From Eledone cirrhosa (taxonomy: Eukaryota), in NCBI GenBank assembly GCA_964016885.1, contig OZ024743.1:70804001-70868000 (forward strand): a stretch of DNA of 64,000 bases, read 5' to 3'. Made by a program: the position numbers and the translations under genes. Under the pieces are notes generated by a model. That model had not been told where the DNA came from, searched no databases, and worked only from the letters and a program-made list of their open reading frames with translations. Below, in pieces: positions 22,518 through 35,434 of the stretch; within the stretch, counting starts at the first letter, position 1, and each line of letters begins with the position of its first letter.

Positions 22518-22633
22518 GGACCATAACGCACCTATATATATTAGGTGGACCATAACGCACCTGAGTACTTGATACTTTCAGAACTAGCTGTCGAAACGGC
22601 CGGAGCTCAGCCGTCGGGGGTCCTGACTCTTTT

Positions 22634-22638
<5 letters not shown>
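22518..22638. mobile_element. GGC-stem family element with HHR 3' half and an inverted distal segment
   Basis: CTAGCTGTC-GAAAC-GGC-cggagctca-GCC-GTC-GGGGTCCTGACTCTTTTCCTAT then (AT)n. Preceded by the inverted segment GGTGGACCATAACGCACC also seen at ~47115 and ~60140. Confidence 0.7.
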
Positions 22639-22678
<40 letters not shown>

Positions 22679-22953
22679 GCACACGCATACTCATATATAA
22701 CACCTGCTATATACTTTTGTCTCTCCACCCCACCCTTTCCAACTAACGACCTTCAACAATGGTTCATGTTCCTCTTATAATTGTTATTAACTATTATAGT
22801 AGCTGTTGTTACAGTTGTTTTATTACACACCTAATAAATTATACCATTTTCTTGGTACATTTATAAGGAACTGAGTGTAAGCACGTCTCTTACTATCTAT
22901 CTTTCTCTTTGTGTCACCTAATAAAATATGGAAATTTATTCCCCTTTTAATTC

Positions 22954-23013
<60 letters not shown>

Positions 23014-23162
23014 GTATGTATATATATATATATACATACACACATATGTATGTACAATGACACCTCGTTCCTACTCATTGTATGTATGTATGAGAAAAGC
23101 TACACAGGAGAACGACACTCTATAATAATATATATTTTAATGCTTCATAAAATTGGTAAAGA

Positions 23163-23200
23163 ATGTTAACGTTTCGGACGTTAGTCCTTCATCGGAAGAT
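23163..23200 (-). ncRNA. Minimal type I hammerhead, variant core
   Basis: Minus strand ATCTT-CCGATGA-AGGAC-TAAC-GTCC-GAAAC-GTT-AACAT. U4C change in the core and one stem I mismatch. Confidence 0.6.
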
Positions 23201-23989
23201 AAACCGAGAGCTGGATGAAATACAAGGATAGACAAGAGTAACGAAGTAACACACGTAAAACAATTTTCGGGGCGGGGGAGACACGTGTGTGTCTAGTTAA
23301 CCACACACACATGTTAGTTTTTTTTATTTCTATCATGTAAGACAACGTGTTACACCCGACACTGCTTTTTCTAAAATAGTTCCAAAAGGCCTGGACCTGC
23401 GCAGGCTGTAAGAGTTCTTTCCCCTGCTTTCTTCTTTTTAACTGAAAATAGCTAGCTAAAGGGAGTTTTACCCTTGAAATTGCGAGGATAATCTCTGCTG
23501 ATTGTTTTCTCTCTTTCGCTACATTCAGACTACATGACTCCATTTGTGTGTGTATCTATCTATCGATATCTATCTATCCTCCTCTTTCTCTGTCTTCCTC
23601 TCTCTCTCTGTCTTCCTCTCTCTCTCCCTTCCTCTCTCTCTCTCTCTTCCTCTCTCTCTCTCGGTCCCTCTCTCTTCCTCTCACGCTCTTTCTCTCTCTC
23701 ACGCTCTATCTCTCTCTCTCTCTCTCTGCATGCACTGTGTGTCAATGCGTGTATATATCCTGACAGTGTGAATGCATCTATTGTATATGTGAGCAGTCCT
23801 ATTAAAACTCCCCCACCCCACAAGAAGTTAAAGGTCATCTATTGTACCTCTCTCCCTCTATACCCCCTCCCCACTCGACGTCTGCCCTTCCCCCCTTTTT
23901 TTTCTAACATGGAAATGGTAAACAACCTTATAAAGATAACCAATAATTTTGACATTTCAAACTATTATCTCACACGCACACTACTAAGA

Positions 23990-24365
23990 AATACCACCAC
24001 TACTACTACTACTACCACCACCACCACCACTACCACCACCACCACCACCACCACCATTACTACTACTACTACTACAGTCACCACCACTACTTCCATCACT
24101 ACCACTACTACTATAGTCACGACCACTACTACTACTACTACTATAGTCACCACTACTACCTCCATCACTACCACTACTACAACCACCACTACCTTCACCA
24201 CTACAGCTACCACCACCATCTCTACTACTACTATCACTATTTACACCCTCACCAGCTCTACATATATTTCTACAGCTATCACCTTCACCTCCACCACCTC
24301 AACTATCACCACCTCCACTATCACCACAACCACCACCTCCTCCATCGTCACCTCCACCACCAACA
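23990..24365. repeat. (ACC/ACT)n trinucleotide array
   Basis: Directly visible. Confidence 0.95.
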
Positions 24366-24459
24366 CATCACTATCTCTACCAATCATTCAGATATGTACT
24401 TAATCACTTGAGCTTTTCTTTCATGTTGTCCAAATCCATTAAACGGGAAGGAGGAAGAA

Positions 24460-24670
24460 ACCCGGTATTTTGTCAAGTACTAAGTTCACCTATTGAATTA
24501 TCTCCCTTTAGGAATGGCGAACCTTGTATTTAGTCCGGTAGAAAGTTAATCTATTGAATGTCCCAATATTTAGTCGAGCAGTGGCTTTCTCTATTTAATT
24601 ATCTCCTCTTAGGTACAAGACCCCAGTATTTAGTCTTGCACTAGGTTCACCTATTGAATTATCTCCCTTC
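24460..24670. repeat. Degenerate tandem repeat, ~40-60-bp unit, about 4 copies
   Basis: GTATTTAGTC...TTCACCTATTGAATTATCTCC motif recurs. Confidence 0.6.
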
Positions 24671-24938
24671 TGTGGCTGCTCAGTTACCGTCACCCCACTT
24701 CTTCTTCTTGCTCTTGCTCGATGAGGCTGGGGTCATCATAGGTCAGTGATCCCAGAGGCATTATATCGCTGACGGTCCAGTGCTAACCCCTCCACCAAGG
24801 TGACGTCAAGCATCTGGAAATCCTCCTTGATAACATCCAGCCATCTGGTTCACCCCACCTCCAAACAAATACAAGCGTAACACAACCAGCAGGAGGTCTG
24901 AATGTAGCAGATTTCTTCCAGACAAGCTTAGATGATGA

Positions 24939-25051
24939 GAAAGATATATAGAAGAAGAATCTTGGGTAATTTAATGAAAGATATATAGAAGAAGAATCTT
25001 GGGTAATTTAATGAAAGATATATAGAAGAAGAATCTTGGGTAATTTAATGA
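24939..25051. repeat. 37-bp tandem repeat, 3 copies
   Basis: GAAAGATATATAGAAGAAGAATCTTGGGTAATTTAAT at 24939, 24976 and 25013. Confidence 0.92.
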
Positions 25052-25059
25052 TAGAGACT

Positions 25060-25216
25060 CCAGTCCTCTCATCTCATTTCTACAGCTGAGTAAACTGGAG
25101 CAGCGTGAAATAAAGTGTCTTTCTCAAGGAAACAACACATCACCCGGTCCGAGAATTGAACTCACAACCTTTCGATTGCAAGCCCAATGCTCTAACCACT
25201 AAGCCATGCGCCTTCA
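25060..25216 (-). mobile_element. SINE family B, 5' portion only
   Basis: Reverse complement of the GGCGCATGGCTTAGTGGTTAGAGCATTGG...GAGTTCAATTCTC head. Confidence 0.85.
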
Positions 25217-25831
25217 CCCAGTACTAGAATGGTAATTTTTTATCGACATTGAATGGATGAAAGGTAAAGTTGACCTCAACGAGATTAGAACTCAGTGAAT
25301 AGAGAGCTGAAACGAACACCGCAAAGCAATCTATCCGACATTTTAACGACTCTGCCAATTTGCCACCTTTTCAGATAAATATAAACACTTAAAAAATATA
25401 CAGCTTAGTATTGATATATAATAATCCAGATCTGCTATGTCATCATTGATTAAATGTGATTGTTATTCACTGAAACACGTGTCAAAACTACCAATAACTA
25501 AGAAATGAAATACTGTATATCAACATAATATGCCTCAATGTTTTTTTACAACCTTGACAATTCGTGTGTGTGTGTCTGTGTGTGTGTAAATGAAATTTGG
25601 TGGTCTGGTCTAATCACACTTAACTGCTACCACCACCACCACCACCATCACTGCAAAGTCTGGCCTAACATTTCCGTTAAACTTCCTATCACCACTGTCT
25701 ACCCCCCCCCCCACACACACACCTCTGTCTGTCTGTGTTTCATGACCACACAGTCTGTTCTCTGTTTTTCTTTTCTTTCTGTATTTGTTGTTGTTATTTA
25801 ATGTAAACTGTTGGTTGACAGTCTTGTCTGG

Positions 25832-25884
<53 letters not shown>

Positions 25885-25885
<1 letters not shown>

Positions 25886-26663
25886 TAGCAGTGGTACCCG
25901 GCGTTGCACGGGATAAGGTATTTTGGAACGCGGGCCGCCAACAGACCTAATCGTGGAAAAACTGCATGCCTCGACAATATGTAAAGAAAATAAACCGAAT
26001 ACTCTGATGGATGGATAATCTTTAAGATTTTCCTCGATGAAGCATGAAAAATGCAGGTTTTCACCTAATGCGAGCTCTAGGCCATAAAAAAGTTGGATTT
26101 TCTTTGCTCACGGTATGAAGAAGAGACTGACTAATACATAGTTACAATTTCAAGGAAATCGGTCTGACGTAACGCCTCAAAAAAACCCTAAAAAGCTTTT
26201 AAAATGCAGTTTTTCATCTAATGCAGGCCCTAGGAGATCAAAAAGTTGAATTTTGTGCATAACACTCCCTGAAGCATAAGTAATACACATGTAAAGTTTG
26301 AAAAAAATCGGTTGGGTACTTCTCGTGTTTTAGGGATTCAAACTCACACACACACATACACATCCTCAGGGAAGTGACGTAATGCAGACATACAGACAGA
26401 TATTATAAGGGCGCGACGTTATATGTATGTATCTATCTAAAAAGAGAAAGACTAAGAATTATAGAGAGAGATCGCTAAATCGCCTAATGTGGCCCCTAAG
26501 GCATTGAAAATTTGAAATTTTCTTTGCTCAGAACACTCCCTGAAACATAAGTATTACATGTGTAAAGTTTGAAAACAGTCGGTTGGGTGGTTCTCGAGTT
26601 TTAGGGATTCAAACTCACACACACACAGAGACAAACAGACATCCTCAGTTTTATATATATAGA
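25885..26663 (-). mobile_element. Non-autonomous Helitron (~780 bp)
   Basis: Minus strand starts A|TCTATATATATAAAA and ends with hairpin CCCG-TGCAACGC-CGGG, then TACCACTG-CTAG|T. These are canonical 5' TC and 3' CTAG termini in an AT target with no TSD. Internal duplication ~26215-26368 versus ~26500-26648. Confidence 0.85.
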
Positions 26664-26989
26664 TAATGTGGGTGGGGTGTGGGTGTCTACCTACTTGTGC
26701 ATATATATATATATATATATATACGCCACGTGTATCCGGTGTACAATAGTTGCACCATGACCCTGCGTGTTATAAGAAGCAACTAAACGGATTGAGGCTG
26801 CTAGGTTGCTCTTAGGAAGAGCAGTTAGACATTACCTGAAAAGGTCCCGTCCAACGCTTGCCAAGCATTGAAAATTCGACGTAAATATGACGATTATGAT
26901 GTGTGTGTGTGTGTGTGTGTGTGGCAGTATATTATATATATAGTCTCTGAATGTGTTGCCATTCATTTATTATTGTGGCACCCATGCTT

Positions 26990-27397
26990 TTAGAACTTAC
27001 TCTTTTTCTGCTAATTTGGTCACCTAGTTAAGAGACTCTAGCAGCTTTCCTTGGATTGCGAGGAGTTTATTTCACTGGTGCTCTTAATACTATTACTATC
27101 TCTATGCATCTGTCTAAGACATACAGAATATCTTTTTCTCTGTTGATCTGCCTGTGATCCCATTACATCTTTCATACACCAAAAGTCTACACTCGATACC
27201 CTCAATGGAGTTTTCAGCCATTCCTTTTTTTTGCAAATTGAGCATGGCTATTTCCCTGATGTCAACAGGATCTTGTTTTATTAAGACTTTCATCTTTGCT
27301 AGGTTTATTCTTAGGCATTTCGATTATAAGTGTTATTTCCACATATTGAATTTCTCCTCAAGATCCTATGCAGATTCAGCTGTAAATATTAGGTCTT

Positions 27398-27433
<36 letters not shown>

Positions 27434-27475
27434 GAAAAGTATAGAAATTATTGTAGCAAGAAGCCAACAGTATTC

Positions 27476-27511
<36 letters not shown>

Positions 27512-28490
27512 TGAGTTAACACTCTTATATACTAACTTCCGATAATCAGTTCAAGTACCTTGGTACCATATTTAGATCAATTTAATTATCTTAGCACTAC
27601 TTTCACTACCACGGGCCAGGGTAAAGATAAAATAGATGCTCAGATCAACTGTGCATGCTCTATTACATCGCTTTCAAGCCAGCTTCGAGCTAGGTCAATT
27701 ATACTTCTGACCACAATATCTCGACTTCATTAAGTGATCTTTTGCACCATCCTTCTAATGGCTTACCAAGAAGAGGACATCTGTAGTGTTCCCCCCTTGC
27801 ACAAAACCAAACTACATTTAATCTAATTAGACCCTTTCCCTTGTTAGTTGTGCCTAAGGTCTTTCTAATACTTTCATAACATGATCCATCAGTTTAATAT
27901 CCCTGTAGTTGTTTCTTTCTAAAGCATCACTTTCCCCTTGTAACAATTAAGCCAAATATTGCCTATTACACTACCATTATGTATTGTATTGGTAGAGGGT
28001 CGGACGCCATGCTTTGACGTATAGAGTTACGGCCCTTGCCATTCTGAGTTCAAATCCCGCCGAAGTTAACTTTGCCTTTCATCCTTACGGGGTCGATAAA
28101 ATAAAGTACCAGTAATACACTGGGTAGTTGCTGGCCTTGTGCCTAACGTAGAAACAATTATGTATTACCTGGCCATCACGTGCTCTCTGGTTGACTCTAC
28201 AGGTAAACAAGTAACTTGATTCTTATTTCACTGGATTCAGTAACTCAACAACAATCTCTGGTGATACAGTAGCATTTCCCTTTAACATATCTGTTGAAGT
28301 TGACAGTCATATGATCACCCTGGTGGGTCCAATGGAGATACTCCCTCCTTCCAATCCTTCTCTAATCTTGGCAAACATATTTTTGTAATGTTTCCACACC
28401 TCTGTTTCTCTCAATGCTGGTCAGATTAAAGAGAAGAGGTGCCATTTCATACAAATGACATCCTTCTTCCCAGTGGTTCACTGCCTTACC
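26990..28490 (-). mobile_element. Fragmented RTE-clade LINE ORF relic interrupted by a SINE and microsatellites
   Basis: Minus strand ~27950-27780 reads NCYKG..DALERNNYRDIKLMDHVMKVLER...FGFV. ~27385-27110 reads LEEKFNMWK...LRINLAKMKVL...PCSICKK...NSI...C..LVYERCNGITG. Confidence 0.8.
27985..28160 (+). mobile_element. SINE family A with probable target-site duplication
   Basis: Family A sequence with ATTATGTATT on both sides, inside the RTE relic. Confidence 0.9.
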
Positions 28491-28713
28491 ATCTAGAACA
28501 CTATTCCTCAGCTTATCCCATAAATCCTATATCCATGGATGTCTGGTTAAGGAGCTTACTGCACAACTACATAGTTTCAAATTTAGTCATATTATGTGGC
28601 ACCTTAGGCAAGCGCTTCTACTGTAGACTTGGGTTGATCAACGCCTTGTCAGTGGAATTTGGATGGAAACTGCAGTTTGCCTCTCGTATGAATGTGTATG
28701 TATGTGTGTGTGA

Positions 28714-28791
<78 letters not shown>

Positions 28792-28872
28792 GGTAAACAG
28801 AAATAACAACACAATCGGTACAGTATATGGAAGGGATATACAAGGTTAACGCTTGATATAGCAGGAAGTGTG

Positions 28873-28908
28873 TCTTAACGTTTCGGACGCTAGTCCTTCA
28901 TCAGAAGA
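28873..28908 (-). ncRNA. Minimal type I hammerhead ribozyme, intact core, dimer type
   Basis: Minus strand TCTT-CTGATGA-AGGAC-TAGC-GTCC-GAAAC-GTT-AAGA. Stem I TCTT/AAGA, stem II GGAC/GTCC, loopless palindromic stem III AACGTT, GUU site. Confidence 0.85.
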
Positions 28909-29022
28909 AAGAATGAGAAATAAGATAGATTGAGGAGACGGGTGGAGAATGAGAAATAAGATAGATTGAGGAGACGGGTGGGTTGGAATTGGAAAAATGT
29001 CTTTAGATAAAAATAATATATA

Positions 29023-29053
<31 letters not shown>

Positions 29054-29115
29054 TTCGTTTGTGAATTTGTTTAGCAAGATTCTTTATCTGAAACCGTGTG
29101 TTGAAACCGATATTG

Positions 29116-29356
29116 TTATACTTTGGGAGGGTCATGTTGCCAATAAGAAACATACGCACCAGTTGTTTCAGTCCAATTTATTATAAATTTAAGAATTTAT
29201 AAATTTCCGGTTGGTTGGTTGGTTCCATAACCATATATGAACAACCGTCCGGTTATGGAACCAACCAAATTTATAAATTCTTAAATTTATAATAAATTGG
29301 AGTGAAACAACTGGTGCCTGCGTTTCTTATTGGCAACATGACCCTCCCAAAGCATA

Positions 29357-29358
<2 letters not shown>
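29116..29358. repeat. Long fold-back hairpin (~105-115-bp arms) in a GGGAGGGTCAT-type element
   Basis: TTATACTTTGGGAGGGTCATGTTGCC...GGTTCCATAACC pairs with GGTTATGGAACC...GGCAACATGACCCTCCCAAAGCATAA across an ~18-nt loop. Confidence 0.9.
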
Positions 29359-29434
<76 letters not shown>

Positions 29435-30248
29435 ACACACACACACATGTAAATAAGACCGTTATTGCTCCAATCTGTCCCAAAACACATTGAGCAAACA
29501 CGCTAAACCTAACGCAAACCTACACGCATCACTCCTGCTAAACCAAACCACGACCCATCCTCCAAATTCGGCAAACCGAATGCGGACCGCCCACCTGCCC
29601 CAAATCGGGAGCAGGCACTAAATGGGTAAAACAGATGTTATCAAGCTGCAGCCGCCATATTACATAGTTTCTGTTTAATAAAGCTATAATAAAGCTATTA
29701 TCTGCAGTGACTGCGACTCCATTATGTAATAGGCTGTGTTCCACATTCTCTCATATCTTAACTTTGCACCAATTAGATGACGTAATGTCGCACATCGGGA
29801 AGTCTAGTTCGTACAACAAACCAAATATTAACCAAGCCATTAAGGAAATAAGCGGTGTGTATGTGTGTATAAATCAATAGAATAAATACTGGGTTTGAAA
29901 AAAATAAAAGCACTAAAGTCTATATCATACACAAAACTTCTTTGAAGGTGGTGCCCCAGCATGTCCGCAGTCTAATGGCTGAGACTAGCAAAATGTACAT
30001 ACACACACATATACATACATACACACATATACATACGCACACATACAGACACCTCTTTCCACGTATGTCATAAAAAAAATTGCTGTCTTTTATAAGTCTC
30101 CCATGGAGATATGTGTAGCTCATTCTCTTTTTATCTCTCTCCCTTATCTCTTCCCTCTCTCCCACTATCTCTCCTCTCTCCCTCTCCCACTCTCTCCTCT
30201 CTCTCTCTCCCTTCCCACACTATCTCTCACTATCTCTCTTTCCCCTCT

Positions 30249-30285
<37 letters not shown>

Positions 30286-30347
30286 CTGTATAAATCGAAG
30301 TTGTAGCTACAATAGGGTAGATATATATATATATATATACACACACA

Positions 30348-30448
30348 CAGGATGTCCCCCAAAAATGTATACAGAAAGGTTGTGCATTCTAATAAATATT
30401 GCCTGTACAGATAATGAAATTGTGTATACATTTTGGGGGGACACCTTG
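30348..30448. mobile_element. Tc1/mariner-type MITE
   Basis: TIRs CAGGATGTCCCCCAAAAATGTATAC / GTATACATTTTGGGGGGACACCTTG with TA on the right. Relatives at 31854-31930, ~21310-21332 (one end) and 39624-39810. Confidence 0.75.
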
Positions 30449-30526
30449 TATATATCACCCATGTATGTATGTCTAGTGTATGCATATACCTGTATATATG
30501 TGCAAAAGTTCCTGTCTGTATGTGTG

Positions 30527-30582
<56 letters not shown>

Positions 30583-31804
30583 CGTATGTGTATATATATA
30601 TGTGTGTGTGTGTGTATGTGTATATATATATATATATATATGTGTGTATGTGTATATATATATGTATGGGTGTGGGTGTGCAAGTTAAGGGGGAGTTAAT
30701 TGGAGGAAGAGTAAGAGTAGATATAAAGTGAGAGGTAGTATTGTGTGAGAAGGGATGTTAGAAAAGGGCAGCTTATAAACCACAGATGACCTATTTTGTG
30801 TTTTATTGCCCCCCCCCCTCTCTCTCTCTTTCTCAGTCAATTTCTTTCTGCCTCTATTAATCTCTCTCCGTCTCTTCCTCTCTGTCTCTCCCTTTCCGTC
30901 TCTCCCTCTCTCTCTCTTTCCGTCTCTCCCTCTCTCCCTACCTCTGTCTCTCCATCTCCGTCCCTCACTCTCTTTCTCTCTACCTCTCTGTCTCTCCATC
31001 TCCGTCCCTCACTCTCTGTCCCTCTACCTCTCTCCCTCCACCCCCGTCCCTCACTCTCTGTCCCTCCTTCCCCGTCCCTCACTCTCTGTCCCTCCTTCCC
31101 CGTCCCTCACTCTCTCCCTTTCTATCTCTCCCTCTCCGTCTGCCTCTCTCTCTCTCTCTCTCTCTCTCCGTCTCTCACTCTCTTTCCCTCTGTCTCTCCG
31201 TCTCGGTCTCTCACTCTCTCTTTGTCAATTTCTAGCTGCCAATATTTCTCTCTCTCGGCCTTTGTCTTTGTTCCTTTTTCACTCTCTCTTTCTTTCTCTC
31301 TTACTCAGTTTCTATCCTCCTTCTCCTCTCTGTCTGAGATTACCTGCTATTTCTGTCCCTAAATGTCCCTTTACCCCCCCCCCATATACACCCACATACA
31401 CCCACATACACACACATACACACCCACATACACACACATACACACACATACACACCCACACCCACACATATACTCAAACATACATACACACACCTTTTTT
31501 CTATCTCATCCTGTCACTCTTTCCACTCTCAAACCCTCCCTGTCACCTGTCACAAGGTGTGACACTAGTAATAGACACTTTCACATGCCATCACACACAC
31601 ACACACACAGGCTGACACAAATATAGAAACTCTCACCACACACATATACACACAGTACTGGCACACTCACACACACATACACACACACACACCTATACAG
31701 GTAGAGCTATCAAGTTTGTAGATTCACACATATTTGTCTTGAAGTTGTCCATTGACTCTTTTACCCCCCCCCCCCCCCCACTCTGGTCCACTGGACAGTG
31801 AGAC

Positions 31805-31851
<47 letters not shown>

Positions 31852-31853
31852 AA

Positions 31854-31930
31854 CAGGATGTCCCCCAAAAATGTATACACACTTTAACAGCATTCTAATA
31901 AATATCTATACATTTTTGGGGGACACCCTG
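31854..31930. mobile_element. Tc1/mariner-type MITE (short copy)
   Basis: Same TIRs as 30348-30448. Confidence 0.75.
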
Positions 31931-31987
31931 TGTATGTGTGTGTGTATATATCAAAATGAAAATCCGAAGGCAAGGTAAAATTCCAGT

Positions 31988-32073
31988 CATTTAATCACGA
32001 CACATGTTTCAATAAGAGATAGATCGATTGTGAAGCCATGATCGATTATTACTGAACTCATCAGGTGAAAATG
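31988..32073 (-). ncRNA. Type I hammerhead ribozyme, intact core
   Basis: Minus strand CATTTTCAC-CTGATGA-(irregular stem II with ATCGAT/ATCGAT)-GAAAC-ATGT-GTC-GTGATTAAATG. GUC site. Confidence 0.7.
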
Positions 32074-32252
32074 AATTGTCTTCAAATTCTTGATATGAGG
32101 GAGAAAAATAATATACTCCGTTTCACATCATCTAGCTGTTCCCTTGAATGGAATTGGAGATATACAAAAGCGTGGGGAACTTAATATTGCTAACATAAAG
32201 TTATTGGACCATTTTACACAACCAATAATGCACCTTACTATATAACAACTAC

Positions 32253-32341
<89 letters not shown>

Positions 32342-33573
32342 GGACAACCGTCTAACCCATGCTAGCATGGAAGAATGGACGTTAAATGGTGATGATGATG
32401 ATATATATCCATATGTGGTTGACGACTGAGAGAGAAGGTTACTCTTATAGTTTTAATATTCATGTTAAGGCTAAATTTCACCTGTTTAGGATAGATATGG
32501 CCAGAAAGATAGGTAGCTATGGGCATAAGTAGATATAGGGTTGTTTTCTCTTATATACAGAGAAGTAAAATAGAATAACATTGGTGTACCTTCAAATCTA
32601 TCAATGCAGTTTAAGGATCAGTGTTCCTGGTCGTCACAGTGGACAAGATGGAGAAGACAAGACCCTGGAGGATAGCAAGGGAGATACAGTGGAACTGCCA
32701 ACCTATATTGCAGGGCTCACACTCTGTTAGCAGTGAGTAGGAATGTGGTCCTGGGGGTCAATTATAGGAGTCTACACTGCCACATGCTGGACCACAATAG
32801 AGAGTGGCTGATTCTTTGACAGTTTGTCCTCTTCAGCCTGGCAAGCAGCAAAGACTGGGCTGCTAGGTAAATGCACCAGGTTGCTACAGGCAAAGGAGTT
32901 GTTATATCTATTTATAATTTCTATTTTGATGGTTGTAAATAAGCAGCAGGTATTACTGGTACACACTGATAAACCTGACTCACACATTAACCTACACATA
33001 CATACTTATGCAGGCACACATGCACTAACATGAAGACACATACATACATACATAGACATATTTAAGGTAGAGGGAGCTGGTATTTTAAGGTAGAGGGAGC
33101 CAGCCAACCTAAAACAAACTTAAGGGATTTGACATGGAGGGAGGGGATGGCAGGCAAATAAGGTCATCTATCTCCCAACACATACCTATTTATGTGTATA
33201 TGTGTATATATGTATGTAAGATTATATGGGTGGGCACATGGCTTAGTGGTTTGGGTGTTCAGCTCACAAACATCTGTATATACACACATGGAGCTAAACA
33301 ATAATATATATATATACAGTGTATACATAGTTGAAGCTAAGCTTCAATAATATATACACACACTTGGTATTAAACAACAATGTATATATATATATATATC
33401 ATATATTTCATTTCATATATATACACATGGACAGAGTAATGACATGGCTGTGTGGTTAGGGAGTTCACTTCGCAACCATATGGTTTAACTTCCACTGCAT
33501 GGCACCTTGGGCAAGGGTTTTCTACAATGCCTTGTGTAGAAGAATTTGGTAGTGAGAAACTACAGAACTTGTC

Positions 33574-33625
<52 letters not shown>

Positions 33626-33755
33626 GCAAAAGTTTTATTTAAATTGTTGGGATACAACAAGCAAATATTTTTATAACTGATATAAAGCACTCGACAAATA
33701 TTTGGAGTAGATACACGATATTAATAAATGGAAACTATATTTATAAAACCATATT

Positions 33756-33820
33756 TATTTCATTATATATATTTCAAGGATACCAAGTTGCATTATGGTA
33801 TGCCTTCATCAGACAAAATA
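33756..33820 (-). ncRNA. Type I hammerhead ribozyme
   Basis: Reverse-complement copy of 34820-34884. Confidence 0.8.
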
Positions 33821-34819
33821 CAATATATAACAGTTTTATAAATAGACATTGACGTACCCCTTTAAAAATTGACCGTTGTTTTTGGAGGCCATCAGGATAG
33901 TGATTTGTTTACTTTAGTAAGTCATAGTGTTAAGAGTAAGTAAAAAGATGGAGAGAGAGAGAGAAACGTGGAGAAAAGAAAGGGAGAGATAAATAAAGAA
34001 AAAGAAGAAAGCAAAAAGAAAAGAGAACAGAGGAAAAATAACGGAGATATCAAACCATCAGACAGAGAAAAAATCCAGAGAGAGATATATAGAGATAGAG
34101 AGAGGGGGGAGAGAACGAAAACCTTAAGTTATGTCATATTAAGTTGAGTTAACAATTGGGATGAAAAGCATAAATAAAATTAGAAATATTAATATTCATG
34201 AATGAAATATATAATATGAGAAATTACACATTGTTTAATTATGATTAGATATTTAGTTTAAAATTGAGATCAATATATTAAAAATTGGAATTTAAACATT
34301 ATAAAATATATATATTGCTAGAGAGATTATCTATCGCATATTACATACACATAGGCAAAGCTACATAAATATATATATATACACACTCACTCAGAAAATA
34401 CATATTATATCTACTCCCGCACATAATATATATATACAAAGCATAAGTGATTTTTTTTTATTTATTGCCATACATTCCCTGTGTTATTAATTAAAAATTA
34501 AAAGTTTTTAGTATATATATATAAATATATAGGATTAACTTTCATGCATTTATGGCTGTTAAGTTATGCATATCTGCAATCAAAAACTGCATGTGTAAGC
34601 CTGTACATTCACATCCACAATTCTTAGCTGTACATGAATAGATATGTGTGTGCATCTTCAATTGGTATACACGCGTCACTCATGCATATATACAGACAGA
34701 CATATAATCATAAAAAAGCATATAACACATGTATATGTATGTCAACACACACATATAGATACATTAGCCGTATATAGAAGGGGTACGTCAATGTCTATTT
34801 ATAAAACTGTTATATATTG

Positions 34820-34884
34820 TATTTTGTCTGATGAAGGCATACCATAATGTAACTTGGTATCCTTGAAATATATATAATGAAATA
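34820..34884 (+). ncRNA. Type I hammerhead ribozyme
   Basis: TATTTTGT-CTGATGA-AGGcATACCA-taatgtaact-TGGTATCCTT-GAAA-TATATA-TA-ATGAAATA. Stem I is 8 bp with two G.U pairs; palindromic stem III; AUA site. Confidence 0.8.
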
Positions 34885-35020
34885 AATATGGTTTTATAAA
34901 TATAGTTTCCATTTATTAATATCGTATATATATATATATATATATAACGAATAAGGAAAAGCGAAGTAGTTTCAGATGTTCAAGTCCTTTAATAATAATG
35001 CTGTGATATATATTTAACAA

Positions 35021-35085
35021 GCTGTCTGATGATGTCACGACACTCGCACACAGAACAGTGTCGCCATTGAAATATATATCACAGC
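35021..35085 (+). ncRNA. Type I hammerhead ribozyme, intact core
   Basis: GCTGT-CTGATGA-tgtcaCGACACT..AGTGTCGccatt-GAAA-TATATA-TC-ACAGC. Perfect stem I GCTGT/ACAGC; AUC site. Confidence 0.85.
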
Positions 35086-35091
35086 ATTATT

Positions 35092-35270
35092 TGGCACTAT
35101 CGGTAGAGGGTCGGACGCCATGCTTTCAAGCATAGTTACGTCCCTTTACGATCTGAGTTCAAATCCCGCCGAGGTTGACTTTGCCTTTCATCCTTACGGG
35201 GTCGATAAAATAAAGTACCAGTAATGCACTGGGTAATTGCTGGCCTTGTGCCTAAAGTAGAAACAATTAT
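35092..35270 (+). mobile_element. SINE family A nested in the HHR element
   Basis: Full-length copy inserted in an ATTATT site. The uninterrupted state is preserved in the opposite arm. Confidence 0.92.
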
Positions 35271-35390
35271 TATTAAAGGACTTGAACATCTGAAACTACT
35301 TCGCTTTTCCTTATTCGATATTTACTCCGTCACTCCTATGTGGAAAAAGTACATTGAGTGCTTGAATTGAATTGCATCAATATTTACCCT

Positions 35391-35428
<38 letters not shown>

Positions 35429-35434
<6 letters not shown>

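Larger units (their letters stand above)
33715..34925. mobile_element. PLE-like element with 148-bp inverted repeats, each carrying a hammerhead
   Basis: 33715-33862 is the reverse complement of 34778-34925 with about one difference. (TA)n lies outside both ends (~33601-33625 and 34925-34946). Confidence 0.85.
34948..35393 (+). mobile_element. Fold-back HHR element interrupted by a SINE
   Basis: Left arm 34948-35015 is the reverse complement of 35070-35091 plus 35271-35317. (TA)n on both sides. Confidence 0.85.

Noticed and set aside
29640-29810. YY1-like GCCGCCAT and CRE-like TGACGTAA motifs as a promoter
   Set aside because: Short motifs expected by chance, with no associated transcript evidence.
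32615-32740. Plus-strand exon candidate ending at GTGAGT
   Set aside because: Weak acceptor and unrecognisable peptide.
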